DNA of 64,000 bases. Origin: Octopus sinensis (lineage: Eukaryota). Position numbers and translations under genes: made by a program. Position 1 is the first letter of the stretch. Every line of letters begins with the position of its first letter. Of this stretch, positions 24,660 to 38,917 are shown piece by piece. The notes beneath the pieces are model-generated. The model was not told the origin of the DNA. It searched no databases and saw only the letters and a list, made by a program, of their open reading frames with translations. The stretch lies in the NCBI RefSeq assembly GCF_006345805.1, contig NC_043011.1, positions 42,110,464 through 42,174,463 on the forward strand. The letters run 5' to 3'.

Positions 24660-25135
24660 GTGTGGATAAGAAGCTTGCTTCCCAACCTCATGGTCTTGGG
24701 TTCAGTCCCACTGTGTCAGACCTTGGGCAAATGCCTGACAACCAGCTTTGATTTATTTACATCCCCATAACTTAGCAGCTCGGCAAAAATGGACTGATAG
24801 AGTAAGCATCAAGCTTTAAAAAAAAGTTCTGTAGTCAATTTGTTTAACTAGATCCTTCTAGGTTGTGCTCCAGCATGGCTGCAGTCAATTGACTGAAACA
24901 GGTAAAAGATAAATATTTGCAAGAGTTCTGTGCTGATGCCATGCAAAAACACTGTTCGCTGGTTCCATGTAAAAGGCATCCAGCACATTCAGTAAAGTGG
25001 TTGGCATTAGGAAGGGCATCCAGCTGTAGAAACCATGCCAAATCAGACAACTGGAGCCTGGTACAGCTCTCCAGCTTGCCAGCTCTGGTCAAACTGTTCA
25101 ATCCCATGCCAGCACGGACAATGATGATGATGATA
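24660..25135 (+). mobile_element. Degenerate SINE A (to about 24910) followed by an RTE tail
   Basis: Motif matches as above. Confidence 0.7.
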
Positions 25136-25221
25136 TATACATCCTGCTGCATAAACCACTTGATTCACTGCCTTAGTTTTATCAGCCACACACACACACA
25201 CACACTGGTGGTGAGCAACTA

Positions 25222-25294
25222 AATCTCACAATATTAGTTATCTGATAATTCTCACAATATTAGTTATCTGATAATATTAGTTATCTGATAATTC
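25222..25294. repeat. Short minisatellite (tctcacaatattagttatctgataat, about 26-bp unit)
   Basis: Seen directly: two full units plus partial units. Confidence 0.8.
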
Positions 25295-27685
25295 TTGAAA
25301 TTTTGCGAAAAGTGGGTAGTCGATTATATCAACCCCAAAAGGATGAAAAGCAGAGATGACCGTGGTGCCATTGGAATTCAGAATGCAAAGATGGACAAAA
25401 TGCCGCTAAGTATTTTGGCCTCGTGTGCTAATGATTTTGCAAGCTGATCGCTTTATTATCAATTATATAATAATTAGAGTTTGTTTAAACTGTTAAACAG
25501 AGAGGTTGGCATCAAAAGGGTTAAGTATTATATATTTTATTTCAATTAAAAGCAACAATATTCATTGTGTGTGTTGCTCTTAAAAGGAGATTAGAATTCC
25601 TAGAACCAACTAATTTACCAAACAAAGTGTGTGCTCATTTAGTTTTTGTACAGTCACAATGACATGTACTTTTCTAGCCAAATTCTACAAGTTTATATAG
25701 ATTACTGGAATTAATTATCCTCTGGTCTAAGCAATAGACAAAGAAATACATTATTAAAAAATATGGTTTTAAATATCTAAAAATAATTTGAGGTTTAAAA
25801 ACCTTGAAAGAGATCATACACATCTAGCCTGATGGTGCAGTTTTAGGGGTTTAGACATAACTAGTTTTAATTACCGTAAAAGAAGCCACTATTCTCCTTT
25901 GTTACAAAAAACTAATTACAACTTAGATACAAAGGTAAATGAGATGCTTGTTCAAAGAAACGTGATGCTCCACCCATACATATCATGATAGCTAACTTTT
26001 AAGTGCCAACTATTGGCCATTAACTGATATTTTATACTTTGTAAATTTCACAGACAATTTACTATATATTCTGATTCCACCGGGACCTTCATTCAATTCT
26101 AGTTGGAAAGTCTAGATTGTTATCAACACCAAATCTGTAGACGTTAGTCTCGAAAAGGGCCCCATATTATAGGTGTCTTGTTATATATGAGAAACTACAC
26201 AACTAGTGACTCCCAAAATATAGAGCTTTTTGGCTCTCACAGTCAAGGCCAGGCTGGAGCACTACTGATGAATCATGTTGTTGTTTAGTGCTAGGTTGGT
26301 CCTGATTCATCTGACCTCTGGTCAAAGGTGGTCATCCTGTCTTTTAATCAGTATGTCTAGGACCATATCATCCTTCCTTTTCTAAGGCAGTTGGTTGGGA
26401 TTCGAAAGAGATTCAGTTATCTCTAACACACACACACACACAGGCAGCCACACACACACAGAGGCAGACACAGACACACACACATATGAAGAAAGATTTT
26501 CATGAATTAAAAAAAATTAATTACATAAAAATCCTTAAAAAGAGACAAAAACGCAACCTTATGGAAACATTCACCACCACTGCAAGAAAAAACAACCTCT
26601 ACATTACAACACGTGTGCTTGAAAAGCTGAAATCAGTGAAAAGCACTGAACACAACACACTTCCTTCCCTAAGGTCTTTGTCTAATTGGTTTTTTTTAAT
26701 ATAATTAATTTGCAGCTGTATCAAATTTTGCTTATAAAAATTAATATATACATATTTATACATACATATATTTGATGGTCTCTTAGCAAGAAAAGTCCAC
26801 TTGTCTTAAGGACATGATGTAATACTTTTGAAAAGGATAGTGAAGGCTGTTGACATATTCAGATAGATTTGTGTGGAGAGTTTCATTAAACGAGTTCTCA
26901 CTTGACATCTACTCAAGATTGTAGATAACAAAGGTGGATGGAACTCTACTTGGACCACATTGCATTAAAGCCTGAGCTACTCCTAGAACACTGTGTCATC
27001 ACACACACATGCACACACACAGAGGCACAATGGAGGGTGGGCTTCTATGTAGTTGATGAACATGCTGAAAATAGCAACAAGATCACTTTGAAATCACACC
27101 CTGCAGTCTTTAAAAAAGAAAGCATACAATTAATGATGTAGTCCTAGATACACTGGGTTTGAATAAAAGAGGAGATAATCACGACTGAAGCATTTGATCA
27201 TGTCTGAATAACCACCCCCCCACACACACACACACACATGCGGCTGTATGGTTAAGAGGTTCACTTCCCAACCACATGGTTTTAGGTTCTGTCTCATTGT
27301 GCGACATCTTGACCAAAGTCGACCTCAGAACAGAGAGCTGCAATGGTTGCCCAAAAACAATTTAACCAAAGGCTCCAACGATTCTGCCAATTGTCCACAT
27401 TATATTGATTATAAATTGTAAATTTGCTTTATACCCTAAAAAAAAACAAAAGGTTATCTTGACGTTTTGTGGCTGTGTGACGACTCTTCAGAAAGTGTGT
27501 ACCATTAGTTTCCCTGCCCACTCAGCTTCATAATACTCTCTCAAGTGTTATCATCTTTGCTTGCGTGTTCTGACCAACGGTTACAGGAGACGTGACATCC
27601 GTAAACCGCTGGCAATGTGGCAACACTTATTGGGGGTGGGGTGGGGGGAATGTGTGCGTATATACTCATGCTCTCACACAAGAAG

Positions 27686-27730
<45 letters not shown>

Positions 27731-27731
27731 C

Positions 27732-28084
27732 GCGCAGGAGTGACTGTGTAAGTAGCTTTCTTACCAACCACATGGTTCCGGGTTCAGTCCCACTGCGTGG
27801 CACCTTGGGCAAGTGTCTTCTACCATAGTCTCTGGCCGACCAAAGCCTTGTGAGTGGATTTGGTAGACGGAAACTGATAGAAGCTCGTCGTGTGGGTGGG
27901 TGTTTTCCCTCCCACCATCGCTTCACAACCGATGTTGGTGTGTTTTTATGTTCCCGTATCTTATCGGTCCGGCAAAAGAAACCAATAAAATAAGTACTAG
28001 GCTTACAAAGAATAAGTCCTGGGGTCGATTTGTTCGACTAAAGGCTATGCTCCGGCATGACCGTAGACTGAAACAAATAAAAGA
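27732..28084 (+). mobile_element. SINE family A copy
   Basis: Head-to-tail match. Confidence 0.88.
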
Positions 28085-28221
28085 ATATATATAATATGCA
28101 TTTATGTATATCTGACTCGTCGAAATGATGTGCTGGACCAGTGTTATCGACCAGGCATGACCAAATACATTCCAACCGTTTCTGCTTTTTTTTTTTTAAC
28201 TCTTAGACATTTCCCCGTCCC

Positions 28222-28530
28222 ATCATCATCATCATCATTGTTCGACCGTGGTCGAGACAATGGAATTTACCATGCTACGCCAGACTTCACGGTCCATCAT
28301 GGCATGACGGAGGTCCTGTTGCTGGATGCCTGTATCCCTGGAGATTACATCAGGGTGGGAGAGTGTGCGCCCTCTGGTATTGCGAGTAGATGGCTTCCAG
28401 GGGAGAAGAGTAGAAATTACCTCTTTTTCAGCTCCCCGTCCCAAGATGTTAAGGTGTGTGTTCGAATGCGATGTGAAAGGTGATTCGACCGCTGTATCTA
28501 ATAGGTCGAGCGACTGCGTGGAAGACTCCT
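28222..28530 (-). mobile_element. 3' end of a second RTE-clade LINE family
   Basis: Peptide LLPWKPSTRNTRGRTLSHPDVISRDTG...DLRHAMMDREVWR runs directly into a (TGA)n tail. Confidence 0.8.
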
Positions 28531-28657
28531 CTTAACGATACATAAACCAGCAGGTTTTCTGTTAGGAGTCATAAAATCAGAATCATTTTAGATCCAGAAA
28601 TCTATATCCTTATAAGAGGGCATTTATACGCTGTGTGGTGTTACAACATAACCCCCA

Positions 28658-28708
<51 letters not shown>

Positions 28709-29197
28709 TACTTGCACATTCACGCGCTCAAAAACACACACACACAGACGCAAGAGGTAGACTATACGTACACATTCATACGGAAGTATGAATGTATTTC
28801 TGTGTGTGTGTGTGTGTGTGTGTGTAAGTAAGTTCAGTTACTCCCGAACATTAATAAGTGAAATGTTATCCATTCACACACCATAAAGATAGTGCCGTGT
28901 AATAGGATAGATCCAGTTCCCATCACCGCTGCCCTCCGCACCACTTCCAACGCCGACGCTACCCTCTTGACTATCACCGCTGCCACCACCACCACCACCA
29001 CCAAATTCCATACCAATTTCACTGCCGCCATCGTTGCCAATAACAACAACAACAACAACAACAACAACGAAAGCATAAGCAGGAAATCTATCCTACGTAC
29101 AAACTAAGTACAGAAAGTGGGAGTAAAACATCCCTGAAATTGAAGGGCTAAGTAGAGGTATGGTGGTGGTGGGGGTGGATATCTACTGTCTATTCCA

Positions 29198-29231
<34 letters not shown>

Positions 29232-29490
29232 TGAGAGAGAGAGAGAAAGAGAAGGGAGAGCGGATTGGTGGTATTTTGTAAAAAAAGTTATCGAGACAAC
29301 CATAGGGAGCGACTAAGAGAGCCGATAATTGAAGTTAACTGACAGTGTGTGGGGGGGGGAGTAGGGTGTGACCTTGGTTCCGTTTAGAAACAAACGTTTA
29401 GACACACACACACACACATATGACATCCAGCGGCTCCCATGGGTTTGAACAGACGGACGGACGGGAGAGTTGGGGGAAGCTGGAAAGCTA

Positions 29491-29528
<38 letters not shown>

Positions 29529-29795
29529 AGATGGCCTCGGTAATCTTGATTAGTGGGTAGAAAGAAAACCCAAGATGTGTTATAAACAAACATACATACA
29601 CTCTTCCAACCACCATCACCGTCGTCGTCGCCGTCGCCGCCGCCGTTGGCACCCTCTCATCCTCACCCCGACCCCCCACCTACCTACGTCTACCTCTTTA
29701 CTGAAATCTATAGACGAACCCTTATTAAACAGCTGGCTCAAAGCTGATAATGGTGTATGTGTATGTGTGCGTATCTATTGATGTATGTGTATGTG

Positions 29796-29830
<35 letters not shown>

Positions 29831-30390
29831 ATGCATACCTGCTTGCTATATACACACACATTATTTATGTATAAGCAGGTAGACTAGTTCTAATTGGTTA
29901 ATTGGCTTGTAGGTATTTATATAAATAGATCGTAGGTTTAACAAGGAAATGCGCGCGCATATATGTGTGTGTGCGTGCGCGTGCATTAAAGGTGTATGAT
30001 GAATGAACTAATAAAAAGATACCGGAAACTAAGGGACAAAATATGCTGGTGGCTGAGTTAGGGCTCAATTGTTAATTAGGCTAAATATATATGTGTTGCG
30101 TGTCTTAGTTATAAAACCCATTTTCTTCATATGTGGCTATACGTATATGTAGATGGGCGTGTGTGGGTGTGTGTGAACATTTAAGTACTTATGCGTATGC
30201 AGATAACTGTGTGTGTATGTGCACGTATTGCAGTTGCCGAACTGAGATGAAAGTACTAACTTTTCTATCAAAGTTCTTTGTTAGAGAGTAGATAGTCTCG
30301 TCTCCTACCACAGCTTCCTATACAAACTAGTGACTATTTGGTGGGTGTTTGTTTCATATTGTTTCATATATGTTGTATGTCGACTAATAT

Positions 30391-30796
30391 ACTCTTTTAC
30401 TTGTTTCAGTCATTTGACTGCGGCCATGCTGGAGCACCACCTTTAGTCGAGCAAATCGACCCCGGGACTTATTCTTTGTAAGCCCAGTACTTATTCTATC
30501 GGTCTCTTTTGCCGAACCGCTAAGTGACGGGGACGTAAACACACCAACATCGGTTGTCAAGCAATGCTAGGGGGACAAACACAGACACACAAACATATAC
30601 ACACACACTTATATATATATATATACATATATACGACAGGCTTCTTTCAGTTTCCGTCTACCAAATCCACTCACAAGGCATTGGTCCGCCCGGGGCTATA
30701 GTAGAAGACACTTACCCAAGATGCCACGCAGTGGGACTGAACCCGGTACCATGTGGTTGGTTAGCAAGCTACTTACCACACAGCCACTCCTGCGCC
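30391..30796 (-). mobile_element. SINE family A, young full-length copy
   Basis: Head-to-tail match with CpGs retained. Confidence 0.92.
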
Positions 30797-30847
30797 TAAT
30801 ATACAGTCAAGAAATAAATAACTCGGTGTGCAACGCGGTTAAAATTT

Positions 30848-30993
30848 ATTTCTTTATTGCCCACAGGGGGCTAAACATAGAGAGGACAAACAAAGACAGA
30901 CAAAGGGATTAAGTCCATTACATCGATTCCAGTGCGTAACTGGTACTTATTTAATCAACTCCGAAAGGATGAAAGGCAAAGTTGACCTCGGCG
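30848..30993 (-). mobile_element. SINE family B, 3' half
   Basis: Matches 44361-44588. Confidence 0.8.
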
Positions 30994-33900
30994 TGGTTAA
31001 TATTCTAGATCCTATGTATTCGGTCAAACAGAAGTGCTGGTTAGATAAAGATACGTTGTAAAATTCTTTTGGCAGACTAGAAATTGAGACTCGGGGACAC
31101 TCACTTACCCGCAAACCTCCCCGGCCACCTCTGTGCACAAAAAATGTCTCTCAAATCACCCGTGTCTTCACTTCACGTTATTTGCTCTTTCACTTCTGGG
31201 GCATCGCCTACGATGCCATATATATGTTCGATCAACTACTAATGTACCAGTAGATCGATAACTAACCGAAGGTCCATAAATCGATTATGACGACATTTAG
31301 AAATGGTAGAAGATAGAATGACAGAGAGTTAACAGCATCAGAAACGAAGGTATAAATTGGAATGAATCAATTACAGGTAGTGTGTGCAACCGAATGGCTT
31401 AAGGTATCAGACGTGAAGTCGCTTCCTGTCAGTCTTTGTTTAATATTCATTTTTTTTTTTGTAATAACAGTCGATTTGGCTGTAATTAGGTACCACGGAG
31501 TGATGTAACAAATTACAGTTTGAATCTAATACCGTTTTTCTTTTATTAAAGCATACAGTTGTGTTGTTGTTGTTATTTAAATAGCGGGGTAAAAAAAAGG
31601 GCACATCCCATGACCTTTGTAGATCTTCCTAAACTAGTGAAATGCCATGACCTTTGTAGACGTTCCCAAACCAGTGTCATTGATACTTGTGTGGATTTGC
31701 TGTTTGGGGTCGGGTGACGCAGGCAGAAATGAGAAAAAGGTTTGGCTAAGTGTCTTTCGTTGGATCTGCAGAATGAGATTCCGTAGCGATAACAAAAGAC
31801 TCCACCCCACCACCACCACCACCACCAACCAAATCTATCCTGATTGAGCTAAAACCATGATCGTAAGCGTTCCAGTCGTGATCGTCATGTCTTATTTTGA
31901 TATAATTACTTTATCCAATCTGTTCTTTAAGACTCTGGTATGTGATTCGGAGAACATTTAGCTATTATATCTAGCAGATCGCTAGGATTTAAAAAATTTG
32001 GCTACTACTACTAGAGGCCCCTTCGTTGTTTTGACTGAACTCGGGTGGTAGACTGGTTATGTTGTCTACAGGAGCATCGACCGTAACAGTTGCAATGGAA
32101 GTGTCAAAGACAGAAAACAGTTCGTCAATGTTCCAGTGATTGCGGTGTATGATCTGTCTAGTATTCCAACCAGGCAACCAGGCAACTAAATGGACAGGGG
32201 TTAAAGTAGATTAAATTATACAACTGTTCAGAAACGCAACAAAATGTCTGCCCGAGAATTTGAATTCCTGCCATCTTGAATAGAATACGTTAAACAGAAT
32301 ATTTCTTCATATCGGCTAGAATCGTAAGATCTTGAAGAATATAGGAATGGTACATATATCCTGTGTTAACGAGATCAAAACTAATGGATGATGACGGTGG
32401 TGGTGGTGGTGGTGGTGGTGGTGGTGGTAATAATGATGATGATGATGGTAGTGGTGATGCGAAGAAAACTCGTGTTTTTGTTGCTTTTGCACAGTGGTTC
32501 GATCGATCGAATCTATTTTTCTTCGCAATTCTCCGATTCCAAGATTTTGTGACCTTTGTTCAATTTGCTCAGACTATTTAGAGATCGTATGTATGTATCA
32601 TCTGCCGTGGAATAACATTCCGCAATTATAACGGGAAGTCTTTATATAGATGTAATTTATTTCTGTGAACGTGTGAAAGGATAAGACAAGAGATGAATAA
32701 AGAGATGCCCCACCCCCTCATATATGTGTGTGTGTGTGTGTGTGTGTGAATGAGAGAGGAAGAAGTTGATGGGTGTGAGAGAACTGATGGGGGTAGTGGA
32801 TGTAGGGGTAGGTTAACAAGCGGATGGAAAGTGAATCAAGCCAAGCCAAACCAAGCCAACTTTCTTGTGCTAGAATTCCTCCTATTTCCCGTCCAATTCA
32901 TCACAGCTTCCTAAAAGTATGAGCTAACTGGTGTACGTACTTCTGCAACATGTAACGCACCTTATACAGTATACTTCCGTAATAAAATGCTATCAGTGTC
33001 TTTGAAATGTCATCGCTAGGATTCAAAAAAATTTGGCTACTACTACTACTACTACTACTGCTGCTGCTGCTACTGTTGCTGCTACTGCTACTACAAGATG
33101 TTTACGCCAAGATACAGCAAATGAAGGCTGTAGGTGAAGTTACCGAATTAGTACCCCCATACCTGACCAGTCTACAATAATAATGATTTCTGGTTGAGAC
33201 ACAGGATCAGCATATTTGAGAGTACATGACTGGTACTTTACTTTATCGACCCGGGACGAATGAAAGGCAAAGTTGATTTCAGCGAGATTTGAACTCACGG
33301 ATCTTTTCTGTTTGACTGCCAATGTTCAATCTCTTCAATTTCTGTTCGTAGTGATTTCATATTCGGTGTAATGATATAGTTTTTTTTTGTTTTTTTTTTA
33401 ATGCTAATCAATGCCTTGAAATTCATTTTCGCCATAAATCAATAAATAAAGAGTTAATAGATTTTAAAATTTGCAAATTTTGTGAAATTCTAGTCAATCG
33501 TAATCTACGGACACATTCATGCTTGTTTTCATAGTAACAAGTCAAGCACGAGAACTCTGCGAGGAAGCACGTGTTGACAAATATATTCTATTCATTGAGC
33601 TTGTGTTGAGAAGTGCTAAGAATAACAGCTAAATAGGCTTTGAATAGACACTCACTTTTTTTTTTTTTGCATAATCGTATGAATTCTCGTGTATAGAATA
33701 CAAATTTGCAAGAAGTTTCTGAAAACTCTAAAAAATAAAAAAGTTATGAGGAGTTATATGGCGTGCGTAAAAGCAGAACTTCGCCTGTATTTCATTTGTT
33801 TACAGTTAATAACACGTGCTGTCACGAACAGCTTTCAAATCCTGTTTTCTGATTGGGTGAAAATGATCAAACTTTAAACCTCTATAATTTTTTTTTAAAT

Positions 33901-35024
33901 GGTGGGGGTGGGGAATATCTCCTGAGATTCAGTTGGGAAAGCTACATTAGTGTACTAAATTTTAAAATTTTCAATAAACTTTGAATTTTCGAAACTTGGC
34001 AGCGAAACTGAAAGGATCCGAACTCAGAATGTAAATCGGAAGAAACATTGTAAAGCTTTTTTCCCCCGACGCTCTAACTATTCTACCAACTCGCCACAAC
34101 AGTAAATTTATTTTGCCATAAGGGTGACGGATGAGGAGACAAATTAAAAGGGCAAATTACAAATCGGTATGGAAGGGGTTTACGCAGAATCTATTCTGTT
34201 AGCGGCGATTGTGTATGTGTTGGGTGGTAAGCAATAAATACGAGTAACAATGATTCCTGAGATAAGCACAAAGTTAAGATTATCTTAATCCAGTACGTGA
34301 CTGGTTTTTTTGTCAATCTGGAAAGGATAAAATAACAAAGACTTCGACAGGATTTAAATTCAGACTATAAAGGAACCTGACTAAACAGCCCCTTTTCGTT
34401 TCAGCACTCCTCCGATCCGTTCATTCTTGGTCAACCCCCAACTCCCCCCCTCCCCACGCGTAATAAGCGTTTTTAACGAGCTTTGGGTGAATGGGGAGAA
34501 CATGCGATTATATCGACACTCGTATGTAAATGGCGTTTATTTTATTGACTAGAAAGATAGAGAGCTTGAGAGACAAGCTCTTATTGTCGAGATTCAAACT
34601 CAGAGCATAGAGAGGCGGAATTAAATACTGCGCTATAAACGTATACATTAGTTAGATTAGTTTGGTGTGTGTGTGTATGTGTACCTGTTTGTCGTTTGTC
34701 TGATGTACGTATGCGTGTCGTCAGATAGTCCCGAGTCTGGTCGAAAGGCAGAATGGAGACGTTTGAATGGTTTCAGTTTGTGGCTAAGTATTGGTGTTGC
34801 TGCTTCAGATATATGAGAGTTGAATTCAATGCTCCAAGCTAACAAACCATTCCTATTGTACCGTAACGAGGGTTATTAGTGGCGAGTTGTTCCTACATTA
34901 TAGTATCTGCTTGAGGCTAGATGGACTGGGCCATTTCAGAGCAGGTGGCAGTGATTAGAGCCGTCGATGTGTCCACGGGTCGTTTACTGTCGCGTCCTCC
35001 ATCTTTCTCCGATGTACGGCTGCG

Positions 35025-35335
35025 TGAAGGCACGTGGCTCAGTGGTTAGTGCATTCGGCTCACGATCGTAAATACGTGAGTTCGATACTGGCGACGCGTT
35101 GTCTCCTTGAGCAAAACACTTTCTTTCATGTTGCTCCACTCCACTCAGCTGGTAAAAATGAGTTGTACCTGTAATTCAAATGTCCAGCCTTATCACATCC
35201 TGTGTCACACTGAATCTCCCTGGTAACTATCTATGTTAAGGGTACGTTTATCTGTGGAGTGCTCAGCCACTTGCACGTTAATTGTTTCCTTTGATGGAAG
35301 TAACTGGAACACTCGTCGTAAACGACGGAGAACCA
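35025..35335 (+). mobile_element. tRNA-derived SINE family C
   Basis: A box (tggctcagtgg) and B box (gagttcgatac), followed by a CORE/V-like gtctccttgagcaaaacacttt segment. Confidence 0.7.
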
Positions 35336-35779
35336 ATAAAATAAATACCTGTGTATGCATATAGTTAGGTGGTTAGATAGCTATGAATGAAGCTGTAACC
35401 GTTTCTCCTCTACATGAGTGACAAATCGTCATCACTTGCCTCTTTTTAAATGTACACCCAGAACCACGCTAATAGCTTAGGAGTGAAATTAAGGATTTCT
35501 TGGTTTTCTCTGAATCGATTTTGATAAAAACTTTTCCCAGCTGGTTTGCACACTATGGCAACACCATTGTTATGTTTTCATTATTCTGTGTAACGTTCTT
35601 CCTTTTTTATTTCAGATTCTTCGGTTTTGGGGTGAAATATGTTAATAGCTTTTGAATGAAAATAGCCAATCTAGACATTTTTTTATTGAGAAAATGAAGG
35701 GTAATGATAGATATTAAGCATACGTTGAGAATATATTGAACAGAAACCCATAATAATATAATATTTATTGACATAATGA

Positions 35780-36640
35780 ATTATTTAGCCACATGAGCGC
35801 CAAGGAAGAAACGATCCGATTGTGGGACCTCCAAGACTGTGACAGCTAGGGATTTAAGGAATATTGGCAGCAAGTTACGTGGGAAACATGGACAAACATG
35901 CAAAACCATTTTCACCGCCTACGGATTTCTTCATGTGCCGAAAACCATCAGAAACCGCATCCTCGGAACCATGGCTTCCGTGCGTGAACCTCTGATACTG
36001 TCTCTCCACAGGAGTTTGAGGCTTCAATGGGCCCAAAAGTACATAACGTTAGACATGGGCTGTGTTCTGTTCACTGACGAAACCAGGGTGACTCTTGACG
36101 TTTGGGCAAATGGTTCGGTCTGTCTTGGAGATGAGCGTCACCAACATTTACGACGTCAACAACAGGGTGGAGGAGTTATGTTGTGATATCAGCTCAAATG
36201 TATCATTGGGGACATACTTGTTGACCCAGTCACGGTGTCTGTCTAGTTGGCCCAGTCACGGTGTCACAGCTGCCTACCGCAATCTCCTAGATGACATACT
36301 GCTGTCACTTCTGAGGAATCTCGTATTCATGCATGAGAACACTCCCTCCCACACTGCTAGGACCACCCAAACATTCTACAAGGTGAAAAGTTGATGGTAT
36401 GGCCGCAGGCATCTTCAGATCTCAATCCTATTGAAGATCTTTGATCCATCATTAAACAAGATGTTTATGCCCAATGACGCCAATTTACGTCGAAAGATGT
36501 CTTATGGGCGACCATAAAAACTGCAGCAGATGCAGTCCACCCTGGTACTATTAAGAAATTGACAGATTCCATGACTAATAGGGTTTTTGAAGTTATCTGT
36601 CGAAATGGCGTTCATGTGACTAAATAATTCATTATGTCAG
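35780..36640 (+). mobile_element. Degenerate Tc1-family transposase
   Basis: LQWAQKY...VLFTDETRVTL...GGGVML, then FMHENTPSHTA, then WPQASSDLNPIEDL: Tc1 DDE motifs spread over frameshifts and stops. Confidence 0.88.
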
Positions 36641-37049
36641 TAAATGTTATATTATGGTTTTCTGTTAAAAACATATCTCGACTGCGAGATGCCGGGTTCA
36701 ACCCCACGGCGTGAAATCTTAGACAAGCGTTATTTTCCAGAACCTGGGGGCGGTCCACACCTTGTGAGTGAAATTGGGTTGATGGAAACTGCATTGAAGC
36801 CTAGTAGGTGGATTGTATTCGTAATTCAAAAGACATAATCTTTTCATACATTCTGTCGCATAGAATTAGGTTTTGTGGGGTTTCCACAAGAAATCTTTGA
36901 AGGTTTCCACTCTTTTCGAGAATTTTTCTCTACATTTTTAAATATGTGTTTCGATTTTATCATTTCTAAATTATTTTGCACGTTTTTTTTATGTAATCCC
37001 GTGATATAATTCTTTATCATCCTAAGAAAGCATTATTATTTCTTTCGGC

Positions 37050-37345
37050 TCTTCATATTCTGAATTCAAATTCCACTGACTTTGCCTATCATCCTTTCAG
37101 GGTCTATAAATTAAGTACCAGTCAAACACTGGGGTCGACGTGATCGACTAGTGCCCTTCCCCAAAATTTCAGGCCTTGTGCCTACAGTAGAAAGGGTTAT
37201 TATTATTATTATTGCTCATTGCTCCGAGCTCGACTTTGCCTTTCATCCTTTCGTAGTCGATAAATTAAGTACCTGTAGCGTACTGGGCCGATCTAATCGA
37301 CTGCCCCTCCCCCCAAATTTCAGGCCTTGTGCCTTTACTAGAAAG
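37050..37345 (+). mobile_element. Tandem partial copies of SINE family B variants
   Basis: Repeated gagttcaaattcc/gactttgcctttcatcctttcg...gataaattaagtacc and caggccttgtgcct...agaaagg(att)n tails. Similar clusters lie at 56960-57340 and 59170-59580. Confidence 0.75.
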
Positions 37346-37692
37346 GATTATTATTGTTCTTACTGCTGCTGTTGTGCTTCTGGTTCCTTCACGTAGCTTC
37401 AATGTTACTCTGACGTCATCACAATTATTACTTTACCCCACCATCACCACCACTTCCCGCTTTCATCGCATTCTCACTCTGGCAGAACGGTTATCATTAT
37501 CACATATACGTCACACCCACGAAATCCACCCAGTCAATAACCCAACTGCGTACCCGCGTGGTTTTTTCCCTAACCATCCTGAAAAAATACTAGGTTGATT
37601 AGCACGGCAGGTAAAGGTGTTGATGGTAGTGATGATAATGAGGTGGAGGAGGAGGACGAAAGGGAGAGAGAAACAGAAAGATAATGATAATA

Positions 37693-37766
<74 letters not shown>

Positions 37767-38139
37767 AATAAGATTTGTGTGTGTAAATAGTCTTCTTAAA
37801 GCAGAACCATGTGGTGTATTTCTGAAATCTGTAATTGTAGGTTTTGGAAATACTTTTTATGGCTTCAGTTCGGTTGTTTTTGTTGTTGGTAGCTGAAGAA
37901 TTTAGTAACATTCATTGACGGCTGTGCCTTGTGGCTGTACATGTATGAATGAATATGTGTTGCATGAGGAAGAAAAAAGAAAACTTGAAACAACAAACTC
38001 TGGGACGCGACGACTAATTGAAATTTAGAAATCTGAAGGAACGACGCGTGAATGTACACGCGCGCACACACACATGTTTGTGCGTACATCAGCAGTTCTC
38101 AACCGGAGTCGACAGAATATTTTGTTAAAATTTATCTTT

Positions 38140-38318
38140 TATCTTTTATTTGATTCAGGCATTTGACTGGGGCCATGCTGGGGCGCCGCCCTGAAGAAGA
38201 GTTTTAGTTTAACAAATCGACCCCAGGACTTTTTTTATTTTTGCCTAATACTTATTCTATCGGTGTCTTGCCGAGCTGTTAAGTTACGGGGACGTAAACA
38301 CACCAGCACCAGTTGTCA

Positions 38319-38375
<57 letters not shown>

Positions 38376-38470
38376 CAGGCTTCTTTCAGTTTCCGTCGCC
38401 ATAATCTACTTACAAGGCTTTGGTAGAAGACACTTGCCCAAGATGCCACGAGTTACTTAACCACACAGCT
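38140..38470 (-). mobile_element. SINE family A, internally deleted copy
   Basis: Tail and head motifs present, with an internal (CA)n. Confidence 0.8.
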
Positions 38471-38692
38471 ATACTTTCACTTATAATTCTTTATTAGACC
38501 ATAAAGCTCTCGGCAGTTTGGTTTTCTTAGGAGTCATCAGAGACCACGTACATCTATCTTCCAAATTGTCGAAAATCGAGAAGAGCTACTTACCCCCCCC
38601 CCCCTCCTAAAAAAGCAACGCACATGGATTTACATAATGGCCCAACATTGACTAACAGCCTCGGTCCAGCATTAAATATGTCTAATAACTAA

Positions 38693-38724
<32 letters not shown>

Positions 38725-38917
38725 AAGCATTTTTTAGTACATTGCAAATAGCTTACATGCACCGTTGAACACAGAGAGATAGAGAGAACAGTGTTGCTAT
38801 CCTCGTTCAGTTAACACGACCTAGCTGTGAAACAAACATTTTTTACTCCGCAACGAATTCGCTGTGAGATTTCAACCCTAAACTTCTAACTCCAGCTATT
38901 CTTGTTGGTGTTGTTAC

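Noticed and set aside
31634-31850. Possible minus-strand exon (HWFGNVYK frame)
   Set aside because: The frame closes quickly, the segment includes a local ~38-bp duplication, and there is no integrin motif.
31989-32177. Minus-strand ORF with TVTVDAPVDNITS, resembling the integrin exon 2 motif LLVGAP
   Set aside because: There is no AG acceptor in the right place, the conserved Gly is missing, and no G.VY.C follows.
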